A stretch of 51,123 nucleotides of DNA from the NCBI RefSeq assembly GCF_000372725.1, contig NW_005201092.1:356395-407517 (forward strand), in the 5' to 3' direction. Position numbers and translations under genes: made by a program. The DNA is from Emiliania huxleyi CCMP1516 (lineage: Eukaryota). This document shows, one piece after another, positions 1 to 11,451 of the stretch (within the stretch, counting starts at the first letter, position 1; the number at the start of each line of letters is the position of its first letter). The notes under the pieces were generated by a model. The model had not been told where the DNA came from. It searched no databases and worked only from the letters and a program-made list of their open reading frames with translations.

Positions 1-312
1 CGCGGCGTCTTCGAGTCGATGGGCAATGAAGAACGCGAGCGCTACACGGCGACGCGCTGGGTGCCGCTCGAAGAGATGACCTCGCTGATGTACGACTTCG
101 ACGAGAACGAGCGCGGCGAGCTCTTCGAGAGCGACGCCGCCGGCGCCGACGCTTTCATCGAAACGGTGGCCCGCCTCGTCGAGGCGGCGCGAGTCAAAGT
201 TGGCGCCGCGCAACGTGCAGCTTCGCCGGCGTCGCCTGGCTCGCGCTCGACGCGCAGCTCGCCAGGTGCATCCTCCGACAAGGCGCTCGGCAAGCGGAAG
301 GCACGCAAGTAG
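1..312 (+). CDS. 3' part of a hypothetical protein, probably beginning before the window
   Basis: GC3-biased frame with ordinary composition (…RYTATRWVPLEEMTSLMYDFDENERGELFE…), stop at 310-312, followed by a pyrimidine-rich intergenic stretch. Confidence 0.4.
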   Translation, partial: RGVFESMGNEERERYTATRWVPLEEMTSLMYDFDENERGELFESDAAGADAFIETVARLVEAARVKVGAAQRAASPASPGSRSTRSSPGASSDKALGKRKARK

Positions 313-527
313 AGACATGTGTAGCTTCCTCTTTCCTCTTCTAACCTTCCTTTTCCCTCCCCATCCCTTCCCGGCCTCCGGCCGGCGCCTGCGGCGCCGC
401 TCTTTTTTTCTTTTTCCGGTAACACTGTAAAAAAAATGCCTAAAACGTTACTCCTGCCAATTCGCGCGCGCCCAGGTAAGGTCGCGAGACTCGCCACTCC
501 ACCTCGCAGGAACAAACAAAACAACTC

Positions 528-1628
528 ATGACACTGACCGCACCCACCTCGCTCTTCCCGCACAAGCGCAACCCGCTCCACTACTACCAGAAGAAGGTCC
601 TCGGTCGACGCTATCCCATCGCAGCGACAAAGGGAAAGCAGGCTGACAAGCTCGGCGAGACGATCGACGACCTGGGACGAACCGCCTCTTCGTCCTCCGA
701 CGACGACATCCACTCGCTGCCGCCAGATGAGGAGCAGGAGGCGGCCCGCCTGGAGTGGCGCGCGTACCATCTGCAGTCTGGCGATATCGACGAGGCGCTC
801 GGCCTGAGCGTCACCGGCGAGGAGGAGGAGGAGGTCAAGGAAGCCGTCGCCAAGCTTGAGGCGGCGCGGCTCGAGTGGCGGGCGCACCACCTCGAGACTG
901 GCGCGTACGGCGAGGCGCTCGATCTGAGCCTTTCGGCCGAGGAGCGGGAGGAGGTTGAGCGATCGATGCCGCCGCAGCCCACCTCAAGCTTCCACGACTA
1001 CCTCGCTGACCAGACCGCCTATCTGGACAGAGGCTGGCGGATGGACGCCGGCTCGCCCACCAAGGCGGAGGAGGACCTCGCGGCGATCGGCGCCAAGATC
1101 GAGCGCTCTGACGACCTCTACATGAAGAACGAGTTTGTGCAGCTCCTCTACCCAGACCGCCCGACCTCGGGCCCGCTCCAGCTCCTCGAGCTCAAGGTGG
1201 ACCGCTCCAAGCAGTGGCTGCCCTCGCCGCAGCTGCTCTTCATGCAGGCGGTCGTCGGGCTCGGCCGGTGCGCCAACGTGGACACGACCTTCGAGTTCAC
1301 CGAGGGCCGCGTGCGCGAGAAGAACATCCTCAACCGCTGCGTGCCAAAGGCGATGCCAGAGGCGCTGGACCACGTCGTCGGGGGCTTCGTCTCGCCGAGC
1401 CAGGCGGTCGATGTTGCCGCCTCCAACGGCTTTCCATGCGGCTTCTTTACCGGCCGCTGGCCGCTCCCCTGCCTGCCTCCCACCGGGCAGTACGGCTCGT
1501 TGACCATCGAGTCGTGCGAGGACGGCAAGCTGAGCCTCGCGGGCTACACCAAGGCGCGCGGCCACTACATTGCGGTGCTCGACATCTCCGGGCTGGAGGG
1601 CAATCGCCAGCGCCACACGGAGTGGTGA
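528..1628 (+). CDS. Hypothetical protein, 366 aa, with an internal duplication and a possible papain-fold (Cys/His) peptidase C-terminal domain
   Basis: Intronless ATG-to-TGA ORF with strong GC3 bias; repeat EAARLEWRAxHLxxGxxxEALxLS occurs twice; motifs NRCVPKA and GHYIAVLD. Confidence 0.65.
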   Translation: MTLTAPTSLFPHKRNPLHYYQKKVLGRRYPIAATKGKQADKLGETIDDLGRTASSSSDDDIHSLPPDEEQEAARLEWRAYHLQSGDIDEALGLSVTGEEEEEVKEAVAKLEAARLEWRAHHLETGAYGEALDLSLSAEEREEVERSMPPQPTSSFHDYLADQTAYLDRGWRMDAGSPTKAEEDLAAIGAKIERSDDLYMKNEFVQLLYPDRPTSGPLQLLELKVDRSKQWLPSPQLLFMQAVVGLGRCANVDTTFEFTEGRVREKNILNRCVPKAMPEALDHVVGGFVSPSQAVDVAASNGFPCGFFTGRWPLPCLPPTGQYGSLTIESCEDGKLSLAGYTKARGHYIAVLDISGLEGNRQRHTEW

Positions 1629-2157
1629 GCTTCTGACCGATCATGCCGGGGAACCGAGAATGCCGCGAGACGCTCTGGGGGGAGCGGGTGTTCTCGGGGG
1701 GCCCAGGCAGTGAAAGTGAACCAGTGTGAAATGTGTGTGGAGTGTGGTGGGTCGTTTGCGTGTGGGCGTGGCCCTCTCGAACTCGAGGTCCGCTCCGAGG
1801 CGTGCTGCGAGCGCCTGTGTGCTTTTGAGTCGGATTTTGTCCAATGCGCTGTGAAAACTGGACGCTCGTGTGAGTCTCTCTCTCGCGCCGCTGTAGACCG
1901 CGTTTTGCCGCGCGCATCGCTATCGACTATCGTCGACATTCGAGCCCAAATCCCAAAAGACACATGCCACGCGAGTAGAACTGAACTGATCCACTGATCG
2001 ACGTGAGAAAACAACACCGACGTTACAGCAGAGACCCGGCGCCTCCCGGTGCCGCCAGCTCCTCCCTAGGAACCTCCAGCTCGCAGCTGTGCCGGTGTCG
2101 CGGACGCTGCCGGTCTGCCGGTGCGCTGCGGGCGCCGCGCCGGTGGCTCCCAGCCGC

Positions 2158-3221
2158 TTAGACCTCCTTGAGGTAGAAGCCCTTGAACTCGTGCACCTCG
2201 CGGCTGCTGTCGTAGTGCGGCGCCGTCGACACGGCCTTCTTGGCCTTCTCGAGCGCGTCGGTGCCTGGAGAGGCGCGCGGTGGACGCGGCCATGAACGCA
2301 CCTCTGCTGCGTCTCCAGGAGCATCTGGCAAGGGTGTCGGCTGGATCTCGATGTCGTCTCGGCTGCACCTCGGCTCCATCTCGGCTGCATCTCGACTGCA
2401 TCCCGGCTAGATCTCGCCGAGGAACTTGACCATGTCGTCGAGGTCGTTAAAAATGTACCGGGCCTGAGTAGCAGTCCGCGAGTGGTAACCAGGCCGTTGA
2501 AGCTGCTCCGGGCTGCTGGTGGGGGCGACTGCCATTCTGCGACAGGCGCCTCTCTCTCAGAGGTGGTCCCCGCCCTGCGGTCTTGGGAGAGAGGATCTAG
2601 AGCTGGGAGCACGGGCGGCGCGGGCCGGCCCGGATGACCATGTGTCCTGTCCTTGTCCCTACTTCGGCCGGATCTCGGCCGGATCTCGGCCGCAGCTCAC
2701 CGCCAGCCACCCCTCGCCAGGGCAGAAGGAGAACTCGACGTCCTTGACGCCGGTCTCGGCGCGGACGGACGCCTGCGAACTCATGCGTGTGGCGCGTCGG
2801 AGGACCTCCACACACTGCCGCACCTCAGCTGGACTCGAGTGAGCTCGACCGCATCTCGGCTCCAGGTGAGAGCGCGGCCCGATCCTGGGCGGTGTGTTAT
2901 GCGCTAGCAGCGCACCGGCATGTTGCTCTCGTTGACCCACGCACGCACCTCCGTCATCTTGGTCTTGTCGAACGGGTACTGCGGGCAAGGGAGGGGAGAC
3001 ACATATATCGGCAGCCGGCCACAGAGCGGCGCTCACCCGCTTGCGCAGTGCCTCAACAGAGCGCGAGTGGTGCGTGGCGTGGGCGCAAGTGCTGGCGTAG
3101 GAGAGCGCGCGGCGGTGATCGCCTGAACGAAGCGCGTCATGGGCCTCGCCTCACCGGACATGTGCCGGACAGCGAGAGGCCGCAGGAGGCGCGACTGCTG
3201 CGAGGTGATCCGGGCGAGCAT
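2158..3221 (-). CDS. 5-exon gene for a 128-aa protein with a predicted mitochondrial presequence; mature part possibly a dimeric alpha/beta-barrel fold
   Basis: Exons 3221-3123, 2978-2916, 2772-2701, 2463-2418 and 2264-2158 splice in frame (donors GC, GT, GT, GC; acceptors AG) to MLARITSQQSRLLRPLAVRHMSGEARPMTRFVQYPFDKTKMTEVRAWVNESNMPASVRAETGVKDVEFSFCPGEGWLAARYIFNDLDDMVKFLGTDALEKAKKAVSTAPHYDSSREVHEFKGFYLKEV*. Confidence 0.8.
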
Positions 3222-3598
3222 GCTGCTTCGAGGGCCTACCGAGGAGGCGGGTGTGGGACTTGCTGAGCAGGTTGGTGGGAGGCTTGAGGCGTGAGGCGTG
3301 AGCGGTGAGGCGTGCGGCTGCGCGGTCTGGCGCACACAGACGGGCGAATCGATCAAAGAAGAAAAACAAAACGCCCGCGTTTTCCTCGGGCTGCCACACG
3401 AGTCCCTCTTCTGTCTTCAACCGGCAACGGAACGGCACGAGCGGCCACGCGCAACGCCGGAGCAACGCCGCAAGCGCAAGCAGCTCGCAAGCTCGCGGCT
3501 CACAAGCTCTCAAAAGCTCTAGCGTGTCGCCAGCGGTGAAGCCCACGGCTAGTGCTCCTCCTCGGCTCCTCGCCGCCTCGCACTCACGCCTTGCCTAC

Positions 3599-5014
3599 TC
3601 ACGGCCCCGGCGCCCACGCCTCGACCTTCTTGGGCAGCAGCTGGTTCGACAGGTCCTCTCCGTGGCCTAGGCAGCCGTCGTCGCCCCCACCCCAAGTAAA
3701 GATGGTGCCATCGGGAGTGGTGGCGAGGCTGTTGTACGCTCCAGCCGACACAGCGACGGCGCGCTGGCCCGCCAAGGCCTCGATCTTCTTCGGCAGCAGC
3801 TGGCGCTGCTGGTCGCCGTGGCCCAGCTTGCCAAAACTTCCACTGCCCCAGCTCCAGACGGCGCCGTCGGCGGTGAGGGCGAGGCTGTGCATGAGTCCAG
3901 CCGACACAGCGACGAAGCGCCGCCCAGCAAAGGCCTCGACCTTCTTGGGCAGCAGCTGGGCCTGCTGGTCGCCGTGGCCCAACCGGCCCCAGCTTCCATA
4001 GCCCCAGCTCCAGACGGCGCCGTCGGCGGTGGTGGCGAGGCTGTGGTCGCTTCCAGCCGACACGGCGACGACGCGCTGATCAGCAAAGGCCTCGACTTTC
4101 TTCGGCAGCAGCTGCTCCTGCGTGTCGCCGTGGCCCAGCTTGCCAAAGTGTCCACCGCCCCAGGTAAAGACGGCGCCGACGGCGGTAATGGCGATGCTGT
4201 GCACATCTCCTACCGACACGGTGACGACGCGCTGGCCAGCCAAGGCCTCGACCTTCTTGGGCAGCAGCTGTGGCTGCGTGTCGCCGTGGCCCAACCGGCC
4301 TCCGTATCCGTAGCCCCAGCTCCAGACGGCGCTGTCGGTGGTGAGGGCACAACTGTGGCGGGTTCCAACCGACACAGCGACGACGCGCTGGCCCGCCAAC
4401 GCCTCGACCTTCTGTGGCTGCCACTGGTGCTGCTCATCGCCGTGGCCCAACTGGCCAAAGCTGCCGCTGCCCCAGCTCCAGACCTCTCCGCCGGCGGTGA
4501 GGGCGAGGCTGTGTGCGGCTCCAGCCGACACACTCATGGCAGGGAGAGAAGACGGGAGGCGGGTCGGCGTGTTGAGCCGCGTCACGCCCTCGCCGTGGCC
4601 GAGCAGCGCTTGATGTATGGACGCTTTGCCGCACGACGAGAGCCGCCCCTCGCCGTCGATGAAGACGCTGTGATACTGGCCTGCCGCCGCCCTCGCCGGC
4701 GGGTTGGACTCGCACAGCAGCGCCGAATAGCACAGCCACCGCACGGCACAGCTCTCGCCCTCTGGCGGCGCCAGCAGCTCGAAGCCGCGCTCTTGCGCCC
4801 ACAAGCGGATGCCCTCCAGCGCCAGCGAGGCGTGGAAGAGCAGCGAGACGGCCGCGACGCGAGCGATGTCGGCGGGGTCGCAGCGAGAGAAGACGCGGAC
4901 GAGGAGGTCCGTGGGGAGGTCGAGGAGGCGGGTGGGCGGCGGCGAGCTTGGCGAGGGGGCGGCGGTGGCGGCGGGGGCGAGGCGGCGCGAGCGGCGGCGC
5001 GGCGGGGCAGACAT
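3599..5014 (-). CDS. F-box-like + RCC1-repeat beta-propeller protein (copy 1, intact)
   Basis: N-terminal LLDLPTDLLVRVFSRCDPADIARVAAVSLLF (F-box-like), then 7 RCC1 repeats (VSAGxxHSLALTADGAVWSWGxGxxGxLGHGD); ATG start, no introns. Confidence 0.93.
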   Translation of the reverse strand: MSAPPRRRSRRLAPAATAAPSPSSPPPTRLLDLPTDLLVRVFSRCDPADIARVAAVSLLFHASLALEGIRLWAQERGFELLAPPEGESCAVRWLCYSALLCESNPPARAAAGQYHSVFIDGEGRLSSCGKASIHQALLGHGEGVTRLNTPTRLPSSLPAMSVSAGAAHSLALTAGGEVWSWGSGSFGQLGHGDEQHQWQPQKVEALAGQRVVAVSVGTRHSCALTTDSAVWSWGYGYGGRLGHGDTQPQLLPKKVEALAGQRVVTVSVGDVHSIAITAVGAVFTWGGGHFGKLGHGDTQEQLLPKKVEAFADQRVVAVSAGSDHSLATTADGAVWSWGYGSWGRLGHGDQQAQLLPKKVEAFAGRRFVAVSAGLMHSLALTADGAVWSWGSGSFGKLGHGDQQRQLLPKKIEALAGQRAVAVSAGAYNSLATTPDGTIFTWGGGDDGCLGHGEDLSNQLLPKKVEAWAPGP

Positions 5015-5136
5015 CGCGAGAAAAGAAAACCGGGGCCGTGTTCCGTGGGACTATTATTAAAATGAAATCGGGGCCACGGGACGCAATAGCAGCCCCCACC
5101 CCTACAGAGCTGAACCTGTATCAGCCCTTGTAGCCA

Positions 5137-8100
5137 ATGTCGCAAAAAATCGAAGCGGCGGAAGCCAGCGAGCCCCCGCCCTCGACCGAGGGCCTCCGGG
5201 GAGCCGGCCCCCCCGCGGAGGGCACGTTCACCACCGAGAGCGACGGCGGCACAAGCTCTCCACCCGCCGCCGATTGCTCCTGCGCAGACAGTCGCGGCGC
5301 TCCGCTGTCGGTGGCAGAGCAACAGCTGGCGCCAGCAGCCACGCCTGGCGCCGGGGCGGGCGCCTCGCTGGAGCGTGACGGGGGCGGGGCAGGCGCCCCG
5401 AGCCGGCCGCCCCAGGATGTCGACGCGGCTGGCTTGACCGACCCCGCGGCGGCGGCCGCGGTCGCGGGCGACTCTTCGACAGCGCAGGCGGAGGTGGAAG
5501 GGCCGGCGAGGGCGGAGGCGGCGATCGCCGCACAGGCGCAGCCGATGCGGACCGTGGGGGGCGGGGTGGAGCCCACGGGCGCCGCGAATTCCCCTGCCGA
5601 GGCGGTGTCGCCGTCGGCGTCGCCAATGGCCGTGGCGGCGGCGGCGACGGCGGCGGCGACGGTTGCTGCAGTTGCCGCCACAGCGGTGTTCGCGGCGGCA
5701 CCGACGGGGGGGCTGGGAGCGGAGGCGGGCCAGGGCGGGGCGGAGGGGGGGGCGGGGGCAGAGGCGGCGGGGGCCGAGGGAGGGGAGGCGAGGGAGGAGG
5801 AGATGTCAGAGGCGGGGGAGGAGGAGGCGAAGGACGTGGAGATGGAGGAGGCTGGGGGCGGGGGGGGCGGCGAGGCAAGCGAGGGGGGCAAGGGCGGGCA
5901 GGAGGCGGGCGCGGCGGCGGAGGCGGCAGCGAGGGCGCCGGCCGGAGCGGCGAGGCTGGCGGCAGAGGCGGCTGCAGCGTCGGTGGCGGTGGCGGTGGCA
6001 NNNNNNNNNNNNNNNNNNNNNNNNNNNNNNNNNNNNNNNNNNNNNNNNNNNNNNNNNNNNNNNNNNNNNNNNNNNNNNNNNNNNNNNNNNNNNNNNNNNN
6101 NNNNNNNNNNNNNNNNNNNNNNNNNNNNNNNNNNNNNNNNNNNNNNNNNNNNNNNNNNNNNNNNNNNNNNNNNNNNNNNNNNNNNNNNNNNNNNNNNNNN
6201 NNNNNNNNNNNNNNNNNNNNNNNNNNNNNNNNNNNNNNNNNNNNNNNNNNNNNNNNNNNNNNNNNNNNNNNNNNNNNNNNNNNNNNNNNNNNNNNNNNNN
6301 NNNNNNNNNNNNNNNNNNNNNNNNNNNNNNNNNNNNNNNNNNNNNNNNNNNNNNNNNNNNNGCCAAGCCCCTTGCACAGCCACTCCCCCCAAAGGCCCCC
6401 CCCCCCTCAACCCCCCACCCCCCCCCTCTCCCCCCTCTCCCCTCTCACAGGTGGCTTGGCGGCGGGCGGCGGGCGGCGCGCGCGCCGGCGGCGGGCGAGA
6501 CGGCGGCGAGGAGAGCGACGACGGCGGAGGCGGAGGCGGAGGCCGCGCCGCTGCAAGCGGCGGCGGCGACGGGGAGGGCGACGAGGACGGCGAGGGCGAG
6601 GACGGCGGCGGCGACGGCGCCGTTGGGCCGGGAGGGCGGCGCCATTGCCTCCAGTGCCGGCGGGTCGGTCGGCGGCACTGCTCTTTGCACGGGGACGGCG
6701 TCTCGTCGCAGCAGGCTCGGGAGGTGCGCCGAGAGTCGCCGAGAGTCGCCGAGAGCCGAGAGTTTGGCTGAGGACCGGCCGAGGGGGAGAGGGGGGGGGT
6801 TCGAGGTTCGCCGAGGTTCGCCGAGGTTCGCCGAGGTTCGCCGAGGTTCGCCGAGGTTCGCCGAGGTTCTTCCAGATTCGCGCCGAGATTCGCCGAGATT
6901 CGAGGAACGTGGGGTTCGCCGAGGGACACTGCGCCGCAGCGACTCACTGCACGGCCGGCGCCATATCTCCCCACATCTCCCCATATCTCCCCATATCTCC
7001 CCATATCTCGACTCACTGCGCGGCCGGCGCCGCCCTCACACCGCAGGCGCGCGCCGCGGCGGCGGCGGCGGGGGCGGGGGAGGAGGCGGGCGAGGCGCCG
7101 CCGTTCGCCGTCAAGCCGGCGGCCGGGCGGCCAGCGCCGGCGCGGCCGGCGGCGGCGGCGAGCGTGGCCGCTGCTGCAGCGGCGGCGGGCGCGTCTCACC
7201 GGCAGTGCGCCGCTACACCCGCCGTCGGCGTTCGGTGAAGGAGGGGGGTCACCGCTGCGCGTTGGTGCACAGGCACAGGCCGCTCAACCAGCACACGGCG
7301 CAGGAGTCGGCGCCCCTCGAGCTCGCGTGTGCGGTCTGCAAGGCGCGAGAGATGGGGAGATGTGGGGAGATGTGGGGAGAGATCGAGCTGGCGTGTGCGG
7401 TCTGCAAGGCGCGAGAGATGGGGAGATGTGGGGAGATGTGGGGAGAGATCGAGCTGGCGTGTGCGGTAGGTGCGAGAGATGGGGAGATACGGGGAGATGT
7501 GCGGTTGTGCAAGGTTGAGCATCCACGCGCCGCTCTCTGACCGCAAGGAAGGGCGACTTGGCTCCTCGTCTCGTCCCTAGGCTGCCCACCGCACGATCTA
7601 CGCTTGCCGCGCCACCCTCGGCCACACCGCGCCAAACTGGACCGAGGTAGAGCGGCGGAGCCAGAGGGCGGCGCACACCGGCACCAGCACTCGATCACTC
7701 CTCTGTGCATCCTCACTCTCAGGAGAAGGCGAAGCCCGCAAAGCCGAAGCCGAAGCCGACGGCGGCAGCGCCGCCGCCGCGCGCGCCGCCGCCGCCGCTT
7801 CCGCGCCGCCGCTCTTCGGACCGTACGTCCTCGCCGCCTCGCAACACGCGCCCGCGGCTGCGGGAGGGGCGGGGCGAGAGGGGCGAGAGGGGCGAGAGGG
7901 GCGAGAGGGAGGGGCGGGGCGAGAGGGAGGGGCGGGGGGCGGAGAGGGAGAGGCGGGGCGCGCGGGGCGCCTCGCCGGCGCCGGCCCCTTCCCCCTCGGC
8001 CGACGCTGCCGACGCAGAGGAGAGCAAGCGGCGCTCCGTGCGCGACGCCTCCCGCCGCGCGTCGGCGGGCGGCTTCTCGGTCGTCGCGATGACGGCGACC

Positions 8101-11100
8101 ACGCTCTATGCGGCCGACGACGACGTCAACGGGGGCATGCTCTGCGCGCGACAGTACATGGGCTCGAAGCGCCCCTCCGCCGACGCCGCCTCCGCCTCCG
8201 CCTCCGCCTCCGCCTCCGCCGCCTCCTCCGCCGCCCCCGCCGCCGCCCCCGCCGCCGCGCCGCCGCCCGCCCGGCCCAAGCAGCCGAATCAGTACACCAA
8301 GGCGCGGGACGCGGCGGCGGCGGCGGCGGCGAGGGAGGCGGAGAGGGAGGCGGCGAGGCGGGCGGCGAGGGGAGCGGCGAGGAAGGGGGTGGCCGAGGCC
8401 GAGGAGGAGCCGGGCTTGACGACCCATTCAACCCAGAGATGCTACTCACGCACTGCGTGTGTATTAGGCCGAGGAGGAGCCTGGCCTGACTGCTGCCGAG
8501 GCTGCCGTCCTGAGGGAGGAGCCGCCGCCCGCGCTGTGAACGGCGTCTGATCACCACGCGCCCCGCTGTGCGCAGGCGGCCAACCTCAAGGAGAACTCGA
8601 CGCGCTGGCTGGTGCTGCGCGCGCTGCTCTCGGAGCCTAGCCGGTGCGCGGCGCCACTCCGCAGAGCCGTGTTTGAACCCGTTTGGCTCCGCGCCACTGG
8701 CCGGCCAAAGCCCCGTTGCACCAGAGCCATCGCACGACGTCGGTGTGAACGGCGCTTGTTCACAGCGCGCGGCTGTGAGCAGGTGGGTCCCCCGCACCAC
8801 GCTCGCGGAGGCGGTGGCGGAGGCGCGGAGCGACGTGGCGTACAAGACGGTGATCACCGCTCTCGGCCGTGAGAAGGACCACCTCACGCCGCTCTGGCTG
8901 CAGCGAGGAGCCGCCCGCCTCGGTCGGTGGTGGCGGGGGGCGACCTCTCGGCCTGTGGGGCTCACCGGCTCCGGAGCCGAGTGCGTAGGAGACGTCTACT
9001 CCCTCACTCCCGCGGGACAGTCGCAGCGGGGAGGATGCGGGCTACCAGCCGCCTCCGCACGCTCCGCCGCCTCGCGTGCCGCCGCCGCACCCTCCGACGG
9101 CGCGTCACGCCGACTCGGCCCGCTCCGCTGTGAACGGCGTCTCTTCACCGCGCCAAGCTGTGAGCAGGTTCGAGCAGCGACTCTTCTAGGAACCTTCTAG
9201 GAACCTTCTAGGAACCTTCTGGCTGTGAGCAGGTTCGAGCAGCGACTCGCCCGACGGCGACGGCGACAACGCGGTGTGCGGAGAGTGCGGCGCGGGCGGC
9301 TGGAAGAGCGGCAGCGGGACGCGTCTGTGCGACAGCGGCGACGAGCTCTGGGCCGTGTGACTTGTCCGCGGGACGGGCAAGTAGGCAACGAGATGCTTCT
9401 CTGCGACAGCGAGGGCTGCGCAGGCGCCGACCGCCGCACAGCCTCCGAGTGGATGAAGGCGCGTCCACGCGGCGTCTTCACGCGGCTGGCTATTGTGGGC
9501 AGGCGCGTACCACCTCAAGTGCCTCGCGCCGCCGCTGGCGGCGGTGCCCGAGGGCAGCTGGTTCTGCCCAAGCTGCGCCAGCGCCGCCGACTGCGGCCAG
9601 TGCTCTGCTTGCCTCGACATGCCGAAGTTCGGAGGCGGAGATTACCCGAGATGACTCGAGATCACCCGAGATTACTCCTCGACACGCCGAAGTTCGGAGG
9701 CGGAGTTGGCAAGCGCCGCGCCGCGCTGCCCAGCAGTCTCACCCACACACGGCGAGGAGTTGGAGCGAGGAGGCGGAGTTGGTTCTCAGGTGCAGGGACG
9801 CGCAAGGCGCGATGCTTCCGCAAGCCACGCTCCTCGCGCGCCAACTTGCCCTGCCGCGTCGCACCGCGACGCGCGACGGGAGACGGCAAGGGCGGCAGAG
9901 GCAAGGGCGGCGGAGGCAAGGGCGGCGGCGGCGCAGGCGCAGGCAAGAAGCCACCCAAGGCCGAGCTGCCCAAGCCGCCGCCGCGCGACTTGCCGAACGA
10001 GCGGACGTGGGCCGCGCCGCCGAGAGTGCGAGCCGTGGCAGGCAGCGGCGCTCTTCTTCATTGTATCACTATTAGTCTCATCGGCATTCTTGTCATTCTA
10101 ATTATGCCGCGCGTGCAAGCCGTGGCAGGCAGCAGCGGGCTCAACAGCCTCTCCGCGGCGGCGGCGGCGGCGGCGGCCCGCGCGCCCGTGAGCCCTCGCA
10201 TGTCATCCGGAGAGTACGCGGACGCGGTGATCCGGGTGGGGGAGGCGTACCAGGCGGTCTGCCCGCCCGACCCCGCGCTCGCCGCCGCCCGCTGCCCCGG
10301 CTCGCCCGACCGGCCGGCGGAGCTGTTGCGGCTCGAGGTCTCGCCCCTACGCGAGCCGCCGCCCACCCTCCCCACCGCCTCCGAGCTCAAGGCTGCCGAC
10401 GAGGCCGAGGCGGCGGCCGCCGCCGCCGCGGCCGCGGCCGCACACACGCTGCGGCCACCGCGGACAGAGGCGGCGGAGGGGGCCGGCGGGCGGGGGGAGG
10501 AGGAGGAGGAGGTGTGGCCGTGCCCTAGGTCAGGGGCTGTCCCTCTGCTGCGAACAGCTGCTTCTTCACGGCCGGAGGTGTGGACAGGTCGAGGTCGGCG
10601 AGGACGGTCTACCTCTGCTGCCGCACGGCGTGGCGGTGGGCGGGTTCGTGTCGGCGATGGGGATCGCGCCGGGGGTTAGGGGGATAATGAAGGACGCCAT
10701 CCAGTGACTGCGAATGAATGGGTCGACAGGCGATGGGGCTCGCGCCGGGGGGAATGCGGCGCCGCTTCAAGGCGCACCTGCTGCAGGTGCGAGCGTCAAA
10801 GACGACGCCGCTGCTCCTCAAGTACCTCGAGGACTCCGAGGGCCGCACGGGCGCACTCTTCGTGCCCGCCAACCCGCGCGCGTACGTCGGCTTGCGCGAG
10901 GTCGAGGCTTGGAAGGCGCCCGAGCAGGTGAGGCCGCCGCCCATCGCCGCGGCAGAGCCGGCGGCGTTGGACGGCGGGTCGGCCGCCGCGCCTTCCGCCG
11001 CCGCCTCCTCCGACGCCGCCGCCGCCGCCGCCGCCTCCGACGCCGCCGAGGGCGGCGGGGGGTCGACGGGAGGGGAGAGGTCGGCGGGGCCGTCGCGGCT

Positions 11101-11451
11101 GCGGACGCGCGTGGTGCCTCCCGCCGCGCAGCTCATCGGCTCTGTCGGCGGGCTCGCGCTGCACTTTTGCCCGACATGTCGAGGACACGTCCATGACATG
11201 TCCGAGACACACGTCCTGCAGGCGGGCTTGAGCTGCACCTCGACCCGCGGCGCACGATGGACGGGTACAGCGGCACCGGCTACCGCGGCGTGTTTGAGGA
11301 CTACTGGCCGAGCGGGTACAAGCGCGAGCGGCCGTTCACCGTGATGTACGACGGCTCGTACGTCGGCCGCTACGCGACGGTGCTCCGCGCGGCGGTCCAG
11401 TTCGCGCGGCTCGAGAAGGGGATGCCTCTCCTCGACATGGCTCGCGTGTGA
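5137..11451 (+). CDS. Large multi-exon chromatin/DNA-binding protein: winged-HTH (HARE-HTH-like), PHD finger, CXXC-type zinc finger, ELM2 and AP2-like domains; exon structure approximate and spans a gap
   Basis: Spliced pieces: NLKENSTRWLVLRALL/WVPRTTLAEAVAEARSDVAYKTVITALGREK…GDVYSLT (8580-9010); CGECG…MLLCDSEGC…AYHLKCLAPPLAAVPEGSWFCPSC (9270-9580); DCGQCSACLDMPKFGG/AGTRKARC (9589-9820); IRVGEAYQAVCP (10230-10265); LHLDPRR…TGYRGVF…YVGRYATVLRAAVQFAR (11230-11410). Confidence 0.75.
6800..7010 (+). repeat. Intronic 10-bp tandem repeats (CCGAGGTTCG)n and (ATCTCCCCAT)n
   Basis: Arrays visible at ~6800-6905 and ~6963-7009; related 10-11 bp arrays at 2340-2420, 7350-7500, 9185-9220, 19590-19720, 29100-29330, 30330-30470 and 41065-41220. 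Confidence 0.9.
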
